NCBI GenBank assembly: GCA_965248445.1
Contig: CBDFJG010000004.1
Location: 1,024,001 to 1,088,000, forward strand
Length of the DNA: 64,000 nt
DNA from: Planctomycetota bacterium
GTDB taxonomy: Bacteria; Planctomycetota; JAJSAM01; JAJVHW01
Direction: 5' to 3'
The position numbers and the translations under genes are program-made. The notes beneath the pieces are model-generated. The model saw only the letters and a program-made list of their open reading frames with translations, was not told the DNA's origin and made no database searches. The stretch's first letter is position 1. Each line of letters begins with the position of its first letter. Below, one piece after another: positions 56,759-64,000 of this stretch.

Positions 56759-58427
56759 CCCGAATCGTTCACCAGCCGGGAATCTGAGCGGGCCGTCGTC
56801 TGTCTAAGTGCTCGTACTCGCTAGTACTTGCACCGACAGGAGCGCCGGCCCGATGACGACAGACTGTAGCCCGCAGGGGACCCTCTTCGCGGGCATCTGT
56901 GGACGCACCGCGGTGACGCGCTTCGACGCCGGTACCGTGACGAGCGACGGGGGCGTGCTGCTGCTCGAGCGGGTCGATCGTCGCATCGATCTGCTCTCGC
57001 GGTTTGCGCGCTGCTTCGGGGACCACCGGGACCCGCGTCGGGTCGAGCACACGGTCGGCCAGATGCTGCGTCAGCGGGTCTTCGGGCTGTGCGCGGGCTA
57101 CGAGGATCTGGTGGACCACGACCATGTCGGCAAGGACCCGCTGTTTGCCGCGGCGTGCGGCAAGCGCGAGGGTGCTCTGGCCACGCACCCGACGCTCTCG
57201 CGGCTCGAGACCACGCAGCTCGGCGCCACGGCACAGACGCGCTACGCCAAGATCGAGATGGACCAGGAGCGCGTGGACAGCGTGCTCAGCGACGTCTTCT
57301 GCGAGGCCATGGGGCCGGAGGATCCGGGCCTGCTCGTGCTGGACCTGGACCACTCCGACGTGCGGCTGCACGGCCGGCAGGAGGGCCGCTTCTTCCACGG
57401 CTACTACGGGCACTACTGCTACCTGCCGCTGTACGTCTTCTGCGGCGAGCACCTCTTGCTCGCTCGGCTCCAGACCGCTGACAGAGATCCCGCGCGCGGA
57501 GTCGTGGACGAGCTCCGTGCGCTGGTCTTACGTCTGCGGCGCCGCTGGCCCCGGGCCAAGGTGCTCGTGCGCGCAGACTCGGGCTTTTGCCGCGAGGAGC
57601 TGATGGCCTGGTGCGAGGCCGCCGGCCACTTCTACCTGCTGGGCATGGCGCGCAATGAGCGCCTTGAGCGACACGTCGAAGACGCGCTCGATGAGGCCGC
57701 AGCCCGTGCCGTGCAGACCGGCCGAGCAGCCCGGGTCTTTCGCGACTTTGCCTGGACCACGCTGGGGAGCTGGAGCCAGAGGCGTCGCGTGGTCGCCAAG
57801 GCCGAGCACCTGCCGGGCGGCAAGCGCAATCCCCGCTTCGTGGTGACCAATCTGCCGCCTCGTAGCTGGAGCAGCAAGCGTCTCTACGAGCAGCTCTACT
57901 GCGCCCGGGGCGAGGCGGAGAATCGCATCAAGGAGCAGCAGCTCGAGCTCTTCGGCACCCGTCTGTCGGTGCACACGATGCAGGGCAACGCCGTGCGGAT
58001 GGCCATGTCGGCCATGGCCTACGTCCTGACCTGTGCGCTGCGACGCATCGGTCTCGCCGGCACCGAGATGGCGCGTGCGCAAGCCGGCACGATCCGCCTG
58101 CGGCTGCTCAAGATCGGCGCGCTCGTGCGGATCACGACGCGCCGGATCTGGGTCTCGATGTCCTCGTCGTGGCCCTGGCAGCACGTCTTCGAGCGCTGCG
58201 CGCAACGACTGCTGGCATCCCCGAAGCCGACCTGACGTCCCGCCGCGCCGTCCGCCACACCACCGCCCGGCCTACGGTCTGCCCACACCGCAGAATCCGC
58301 GCCGTTTCGGCCGCTCACTCGCGTTGCCCTTGTGGCAACGACGACAGCATCCGCCCTCGCCTGGCCAAGATCTGACCCTGTGGACTCCGAAAGCACCGTC
58401 ATCGCGACGTCTCGTGAACAGATGCGG
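56759..58427 (+). mobile_element. IS1380 family insertion sequence (~1669 bp)
   Basis: Imperfect TIRs CCCGAATCGTTCAC / CCGCATCTGTTCAC; CTAG(C) direct repeat at 56755 and 58428. Confidence 0.92.
56853..58235 (+). CDS. IS1380 family transposase
   Basis: TSDGGVLLL, GYEDLVDHD, LDLD, HGRQEGRFFHGYY..YCYLPLY, VRADSGF, YCARGEAENRIKEQ. Confidence 0.96.
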   Translation: MTTDCSPQGTLFAGICGRTAVTRFDAGTVTSDGGVLLLERVDRRIDLLSRFARCFGDHRDPRRVEHTVGQMLRQRVFGLCAGYEDLVDHDHVGKDPLFAAACGKREGALATHPTLSRLETTQLGATAQTRYAKIEMDQERVDSVLSDVFCEAMGPEDPGLLVLDLDHSDVRLHGRQEGRFFHGYYGHYCYLPLYVFCGEHLLLARLQTADRDPARGVVDELRALVLRLRRRWPRAKVLVRADSGFCREELMAWCEAAGHFYLLGMARNERLERHVEDALDEAAARAVQTGRAARVFRDFAWTTLGSWSQRRRVVAKAEHLPGGKRNPRFVVTNLPPRSWSSKRLYEQLYCARGEAENRIKEQQLELFGTRLSVHTMQGNAVRMAMSAMAYVLTCALRRIGLAGTEMARAQAGTIRLRLLKIGALVRITTRRIWVSMSSSWPWQHVFERCAQRLLASPKPT

Positions 58428-58891
58428 CTAGCGTTCGGCGCCACGGTGCTACTCAGTGCCGCGTTCTGGCCCCTGGTGACGGCCAGCCGCGACGCTTTGG
58501 AGTTCGACGTATCGGTCGAGGGAGTGGCCTACGATTCCGTCGATGCAGACGGCGTGCTCATCGTCACGAACCGCGTGACCGAGCCCCTGCGTCTTGTGGC
58601 CATCGAACCGAGCTGCGATTGCGTCCAGGTGACTTCACCAGCTTGGGAACGCCTTGAGCCTCTCGGCAGTCGGCGTGTTCGCTTCGCCCTGTCGGACCGA
58701 CCGGCGTGGGTGCGACCGCGGGCCACGGTCGAGTTCGAGCTGGCTGGCCAGCGGATCTCGAATTCTGTTGACTTGCTGCCCGCACCGCCGGAATGAGTGC
58801 CGCAGGCGTGAGCGCGCCTGAGTGGCCGGTGAGCGTCCGAACGCTCCCGAGGACCGCCCGCGTTCCAGCGTGACGCGGGGGCCGGTTCAGG

Positions 58892-60085
58892 TCAGGCGGA
58901 AGCGAAGTCCAGCCCCATCACCGCCTCGCGCCGCCGCTTGGACAGCGCGCTTGCGTAGATCTGCGTGGTGGCGAGCTCAGCGTGGCCGAGCTGCTGCTGC
59001 AGGTCGCTGACCGCGCCCCCGTTCTGGAGGAAGTGGGTCGCGAAGCTGTGGCGCAGGGAGTGCGGCGTGAGCCCCTTCCTTCCGTCGAGCCCGGCGGCTT
59101 TGACCGCGAGGGCCCACGAGCGACGGATCTCCCGGAAGGGCGTCCCGCGGGAGGACAAGAACACGTGGTCGTCGGGCTCGACGTTCTCGCGCGAGGCGCG
59201 AAGCCGGGTGAGTTCTACGGCGATGGCGGGGTGGAGGTCGAGGAGGTCCGCCGTCCCCGTCTTCGGGCGGTAGAGCGAGAGCTTGCCGCGCTCGAAGTCG
59301 ATGTCGGACCAGCGCAGCCGCGTGATCTCGCTCTTCCGCGCGCCGGTGTAGATCGCGGTCACGAGGAAGGACCGGAAGTGCTCGGGGCAATTGGCGATCA
59401 GCGCGCCGAGTTCCTTCTTCGTGAGGTAGCGCCGCGGGCGCCGCGTCTCGCGCAGCTTCTTGATGCCGGCGAGCGGGTTGGCGTCGAGGTGCCCGTCGAG
59501 GACCGCCTCGTTGAGGATGCGGATCACGCACTGCTGGTCGGCGTTGAGCGTCCTGGCGCTCACGGTCTTCTTCGTCCCGTGGGTGGAGTTGCGGTGCTTT
59601 GCGCGCCAGGCGCGGTAGTCGAGCCAACGGGCCGGGGTGATCTCGTCGAGCCGGACCGCTCGGTGGCCGTCGCGCTTGCCGAAGTACTCGGTCCAGGCGC
59701 GCAGCGCCGCGCGGTAGACGCCGATCGTCCCCTTGGCCAGGACCGGCTCGAAGCGGCGCTCGATCACATCGGTGGCGTAGCCGACCAGCGTGGGGACCTC
59801 GCGTGGGGCGTTCTCGACGCTGGCCTGGACGGCGCGCTCCTGCGCTTCTGACAGCGTGGGCGGGACCTCGTACGCCTCGGCCAGGATGCGGCGCTCGACC
59901 TCGTCGAGGAAGTCCTTGGCCTCCTTCTCGGTGTCGAACGCCCGTGTGATCCAGCGCCGCTCCTTGCGGCAGAAGTACTTGGCCGACCAGGTCCGGCGGC
60001 CTGAGCCCCACTTGCGCGAGTAGATGTTGCCGAAGCGGCGCTTGCGCTTGCTCCTGCGGGTCTTCCTCTTCGTCTCTCCTGCCAT
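58892..60085 (-). CDS. Tyrosine recombinase/phage-type integrase
   Basis: TGARKSE (Arg), HSLRHSFAT, LGHAELATTQIY; N-terminal arm-binding-like region FGNIYSRK. Confidence 0.93.
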   Translation of the reverse strand: MAGETKRKTRRSKRKRRFGNIYSRKWGSGRRTWSAKYFCRKERRWITRAFDTEKEAKDFLDEVERRILAEAYEVPPTLSEAQERAVQASVENAPREVPTLVGYATDVIERRFEPVLAKGTIGVYRAALRAWTEYFGKRDGHRAVRLDEITPARWLDYRAWRAKHRNSTHGTKKTVSARTLNADQQCVIRILNEAVLDGHLDANPLAGIKKLRETRRPRRYLTKKELGALIANCPEHFRSFLVTAIYTGARKSEITRLRWSDIDFERGKLSLYRPKTGTADLLDLHPAIAVELTRLRASRENVEPDDHVFLSSRGTPFREIRRSWALAVKAAGLDGRKGLTPHSLRHSFATHFLQNGGAVSDLQQQLGHAELATTQIYASALSKRRREAVMGLDFASA

Positions 60086-60182
60086 CTCGCGTTCTCCGGG
60101 CTCCGCGTGCCCCACCAGGCGGAGCGCGGCAGGTCCCGATGCACGCTCTTGCGCGGGAGAACATCCAGTAGGTTCCGCCGGG

Positions 60183-60452
60183 TCAGCCACGGCGGTCCCC
60201 GAGAAGCCGCGTGACGCGGTCAGATCGCACGGAGGTGCGCGTTCGCCGATCCAGGAAGGTGCGCACGTCATCGGGCCGGAAGCGCAGGACGCGGGGCGCG
60301 ACCTCGATGGCCGGAAGGTCGGCCTTCTTGGCGAGGCGGTAGACGGTTGCGGTGTCCACCGAGAGATAGGCAGCCACCGTGGCGGTGTCCACCAGCGGCT
60401 CGCCGAACGGCGCGACGGGAGCGCGCCCGGGCAGACCGGCGTCGTGGCTCAC
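60183..60452 (-). CDS. Excisionase-like helix-turn-helix protein
   Basis: LVDTATVAAYLSVDTATVYRLAKKADLPAIEV..LRFRPDDV; GTGA overlap; upstream of the integrase. Confidence 0.82.
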   Translation of the reverse strand: MSHDAGLPGRAPVAPFGEPLVDTATVAAYLSVDTATVYRLAKKADLPAIEVAPRVLRFRPDDVRTFLDRRTRTSVRSDRVTRLLGDRRG

Positions 60453-60746
60453 AGTCCGTCTCCGAAGTCGCCCTGGTCCGGAGCTGGGGCGTGGGCCTCG
60501 GCGGCTCGCATGGCCGGCGCAGCGACCGTCGGGACGTCGCTCGCCTCGGCGAGGCGGTAGAGGGCCGCCTTCGAGTGGGCGTCGCGACCGGCCGACTCGA
60601 TCTGCCACTCCGCAAACACGCGGTCGCGCGCGTTCTGCAGGGCGTTACCGAGGCGCGTGCTCTGCGATCGCTCGCTCCCGTCGCCGAGGACGCGCCCCAT
60701 GAGGTCGGCTGTCCCGCAGAGGGAGATGAGCTCCGCGACGCGCACG
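60449..60746 (-). pseudogene. C-terminal fragment of a mobile-element protein (possibly primase/replication type) cut by IS1595
   Basis: Frame open up to the IS end at 60747; SQSTRLGNALQNARDRVF; translationally coupled to the xis-like gene. Confidence 0.5.
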
Positions 60747-61550
60747 CATGCATATCCGGTTAATGACCGCGCCCACTACATCTTGTGCTAGAAGGGCAGC
60801 GGGCTTGCAGGCTCGTCGGCGTAGACCTGTTCGTACGTGCGCGGCGGCGTCTTCGCCGCGATGCCGAGGACCGTCTGGAACGCTGCCTGCGGCGTGCGTC
60901 TCCTGTTGAACCGGAACGTGAACTCGTCGAGATACCGCTGCAGGTGCTTCTTCGAGACCCGGCCGTGGTGCGTGCCTACGAGCCAGGTCTTGAGGTTGGA
61001 GAAGACCAGGTGCAGGTGCCTCAGGACGTCCGCCTGCGCCGCGCCCATCATCGTGGACTCGATCCCGTGCTCGTAGCCGAGTTTCTCGACTGCGTCGTAG
61101 GTCTCGTGGCCGTCGGTCACGACGAGCGCCCCACGCTCGATGCTGTCCTTGACGAACGCCAGCAGGTGCGGCTTCGATGAGGCCGGCACGTGGCGCAGCC
61201 GGATGCGTCCGGGCTGTGTGCCTCTCTTCGTCGGACGCACCTCGACCGCGCCGACCACGACGGCCTTGTCTGCCGCGGTGCGCTCCTCTCGGCCTCGAAA
61301 CGGCGCTCCGATCAGCGCCTCGTCGACCTCGACGACGCCGAACAACTGCGCGCGCTCCGGCGCGACCATCGCAGATCGCAGTTTCTGGAGCATCTGGTAC
61401 GCGGTCTCGTAGCGGGTCAGACCGAGCTGTCGCTGGAGTGCGAGCGCAGAGACGCCCCGCTTGTCCGTCGTCATCAAGTACGCGGCCCACATCCAGGACT
61501 TCAGCGGCAGCCGGCTGCGATGCAGCACTGTGCCCGCGGTGACCGACGTG
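60747..61550 (-). mobile_element. Truncated IS1595 (ISSod11-like end) with an N-terminally deleted transposase (stop at 60788)
   Basis: End CATGCATATCC fits nnnGCnTATC; TSVTAGT, VEVDE, VTDG, YLDEFTFRFNRR; Zn ribbon and second IR missing. Confidence 0.85.
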
Positions 61551-61666
61551 ATCGACTTCCTCGCCGACTCGGTCGCCGCGCACCTCACCGGCGCCGACCC
61601 GCCCGTCATGGTCCCGCTGCCCGTCGCACGCTGAGGCTCACACGCTGTCAAGGGGTGAACGGTTAC
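61545..61666 (+). mobile_element. Right-end remnant of a different IS66
   Basis: VIDFLADSVAAHLTGADPPVMVPLPVAR* resembles the IS66 copy-1 C-terminus VFDYLADVSAALAHNRSPPALVALPITR*; followed by the IR GTGAACGGTTAC. Confidence 0.8.
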
Positions 61667-61812
61667 CGCCCTCCGCCCTCCTGCCCCGAAAGCGTAGCGC
61701 GAGCGGCAGCGCGGGGCACGACTGGCCAAACTGAGGCGAAACCCGCCGCCCTCTCTCCCGCGTGCTCACTCGCATGAACACCGGCAGCAACCCTGACTGC
61801 CGACTGCCGAGC

Positions 61813-62515
61813 TCAGGCGCCAGGGCAGGGCGGGGCGTCGGTCGCCTGCGGGCCCGCCGATGGCGATCTCGCGGGCGGCGGGGTTGCGGACCGCTGCGCG
61901 CGCCAGAGGTGGATGTCGTGGTCCGCAGGCACCGCGGACACGGACAGTGCGGCCCGGGCCGCAACCGCCAGAGGTGCCGTGCTGATCCACGGAAGAAGCA
62001 GCCACCCATCGAGTCTCGAAGCAGATCCGCGAATCGCAATATCAGGAACCGCCGCCGCGACACAGCCGAGCATCGTGGTCGCGGCTAACAGCTGCAGGAA
62101 GCGAAGGCGCGATGTGACCGCGGCGTAGAACGCGAAAGGTACGATCAACACCATGGCGAGGATATCCATCAGCGCAGGAAACTCGTGCGCGTACCTCGGA
62201 TAGCGCGAGACAACTGCTGTCGTCGCGACCGCCGCGAGGACGATCGACACCCCGCGCCAGACTCCCTTGGTGCTACGACACAAGCCTAACGAGGCCAGCA
62301 CCGTCATCGCGATCAACGGCCAGAGCACGGCTAGGACAACAGGAATACCAATTCTCCGAAACACGGCCTCGTCGAATCCAGACCACGACATCTCTATCCC
62401 CGCACAGGCTACGCAGGCAACAGCGACCACTGACATCTTGCCAAGGAGGTCACGTGTTTGAGATATAAGCGCGGTTAGGAACGCGGACGCAATCCCAAAG
62501 TACGCCAGCACGCCG
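61813..62515 (-). pseudogene. Polytopic membrane protein fragment, 5' end cut by IS66 copy 2
   Basis: Several hydrophobic segments; visibly more A/T-rich codons than neighbouring genes; frame runs into the IS end. Confidence 0.5.
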
Positions 62516-64000
62516 GTACCCGTTCAGCCCTTGGTTCTGAGCTCGGATCCAGATCGCTTTCCGTTCGGTCGATGAATCGGATGTGGGCACCGATGAGCTG
62601 CGTGATCTGGTCGAGCGCCTGACCCGTCGTCTGGACGCTCGGGACGAGACGATTGCCGAGCAGGCGGAGGTGATCGAGCGGCAGGCGGCACGGATCGACG
62701 ATCTCGAGAGCCGTCTTCGCCGGGACTCCCGCACCTCCTCGCGCCCACCGTCCTCGGATCCGTCGTGGTCCAAGAAGCGGCGGCGGCGCAAGCCGCCGTC
62801 GGACAAGCGCCAGGGTGCGCAGCCCGGCCACAAAGGGGCGACGCGCAAGCTCGTGGACGAGTCCGAGGTCGATGGCGTAGAGGACCACCGCCCGCGCGAG
62901 TGCAGCGCGTGTGGGAGCGACGTGCTCGTCCCGATCGATCGCGCCCCGACACGCCAGCAGGTCTTCGAGGTCCCGCCACGGCTGATCCAGGTGACCGAGC
63001 ACCGGTTGCACCGGGCACGGTGCACGGACTGTGGCGCCACGTCCACTGCCTCGCTGCCAAGCGGTGTGACGGCGAGTCCCTTCGGCCCGCGACTCTGTGC
63101 GCTCACCGCGGCTCTGGTCGGCGTCTTCCGCCTGTCGCGGCGCGAGACCAGTCGTCTGTTGCGTGACGTCATCGGCGTCTCGATGTCACCGGGCACGGTC
63201 AGTGCGATCGAGGAGCGGGTGTCGGGAGCCATCTCCTCAGCGCACATCGAGGCCCTCGGGGCCGTACGCACGAGCAGCGTCGCCTATGTAGACGAGACAC
63301 CGTGGTCGCGTCGTGGCACGCTGCATTGGCTGTGGAGCGCGGTCTGTGAGCACGCCACGGTCCATCGTATCGATCGGCGCAGGAGCGCCAAGGCCATGCG
63401 GCGACTCGTGGGCAAGCGCTTCAGGGGCGTCCTCGTGACCGACCGTATGGGCGCTTACGACCAGCATCCCACCGAGCGCCGCCAGATCTGCTGGGCGCAT
63501 CTCGAGAGGGACTTTCGAGCGCTGGCCGAGGGCTCGCGCGGCGGCCGGCGCTTCGGCAAGCAGGCCGTGCGTCTCGCCCAGGCTGTCATGCGAGCTCAGC
63601 GTCACTTCGGCGAGCACGGGGACCGCGACCGCATGCGGCGTGAGCTGCGTCTCACATGGGACCGACTCCTGACGCTGCTCGTGCGCGGCGCAGACAGCAA
63701 GCACCGCCGAGTACGCGGAACGACTCGGCATCTGCTCGACCGAGCGGAGGCTCTGTGGACCTTCGCCGACGTCCCTGGCGTCTCCCCGACGAACAACGCC
63801 GCTGAGCGCGCGGTGCGCAAGCCGGTCCTGTGGAGACGCGCAACGCACGGAAGTCAGAGCGAGCGCGGACTCCGCTTCGTCGAGCGCATCCTGACCGTCA
63901 CCGCCACGCTCCGCCAGCGTGGCGAGAGCGTCTTCGATTACCTCGCAGACGTCAGCGCGGCACTCGCGCACAACCGCTCGCCGCCGGCTCTCGTCGCGCT
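62516..64000 (+). mobile_element. IS66 copy 2 (same orientation, offset 9317 bp, runs off the window)
   Basis: Starts GTACCCGTTCAG; no differences from copy 1 seen by eye; shadow ORFs translate identically. Confidence 0.93.
62583..64000 (+). CDS. IS66 family transposase, copy 2 (3'-partial)
   Basis: Matches 53266-54699 shifted by 9317. Confidence 0.93.
   Translation, partial: MGTDELRDLVERLTRRLDARDETIAEQAEVIERQAARIDDLESRLRRDSRTSSRPPSSDPSWSKKRRRRKPPSDKRQGAQPGHKGATRKLVDESEVDGVEDHRPRECSACGSDVLVPIDRAPTRQQVFEVPPRLIQVTEHRLHRARCTDCGATSTASLPSGVTASPFGPRLCALTAALVGVFRLSRRETSRLLRDVIGVSMSPGTVSAIEERVSGAISSAHIEALGAVRTSSVAYVDETPWSRRGTLHWLWSAVCEHATVHRIDRRRSAKAMRRLVGKRFRGVLVTDRMGAYDQHPTERRQICWAHLERDFRALAEGSRGGRRFGKQAVRLAQAVMRAQRHFGEHGDRDRMRRELRLTWDRLLTLLVRGADSKHRRVRGTTRHLLDRAEALWTFADVPGVSPTNNAAERAVRKPVLWRRATHGSQSERGLRFVERILTVTATLRQRGESVFDYLADVSAALAHNRSPPALVA

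Larger units (their letters stand above)
56338..58796 (+). pseudogene. MauE/DoxX-like membrane domain + DUF1573-like domain gene split by IS1380 (56338-56758 + 58432-58796)
   Basis: Removing the IS and one CTAG restores ...AALVQLAFGATVLL... in frame (261 aa); PCDCL in the membrane part, IEPSCDCV in the C-terminal part. Confidence 0.8.

Noticed and set aside
58797..58891. tRNA/att site next to the integrase
   Set aside because: No cloverleaf, T-loop motif or repeated core was recognisable.
61667..61812. Possible riboswitch or attC downstream of the low-GC membrane gene
   Set aside because: GC-rich pairing is possible, but I could identify no conserved riboswitch motif or paired attC cores.

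Overview
High-GC bacterial window. The gene content (HEAT/vWA, BatA/vWA/MoxR, DUF1573/MauE, carboxypeptidase-regulatory-like repeats) suggests Planctomycetota, which is an inference. From left to right it contains: (1) a hybrid histidine kinase and a convergent Gly-rich TPR gene that both seem to break at one point (~2530); (2) an amino-sugar/lipid-carrier glycosylation cluster (4.5-11.4 kb); (3) a secreted protein whose TGA looks read through (43 more coding-like codons plus a SECIS-like hairpin), the best candidate for something new, i.e. a possible unannotated selenoprotein; (4) a 16-kb translationally coupled MoxR-DUF58-vWA operon flanked by a pseudo-retropepsin/TPR/pseudo-thioredoxin protein and a ~2140-aa TPR protein; (5) an intact IS1595; (6) apaH, an M60 peptidase, ABC systems, two ABC-F paralogs, HI0933, MutS-like, K+ channel (poly-G frameshift) and Rieske genes, with two small palindromic/MITE-like elements; (7) an IS-riddled accessory block (53-64 kb) with two IS66 copies, an IS1380 that splits a MauE-DUF1573 gene, an integrase-excisionase remnant and fused IS1595/IS66 fragments. 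I recognised no rRNA, tRNA or CRISPR array. All family calls come from motifs read by eye, not from database searches.
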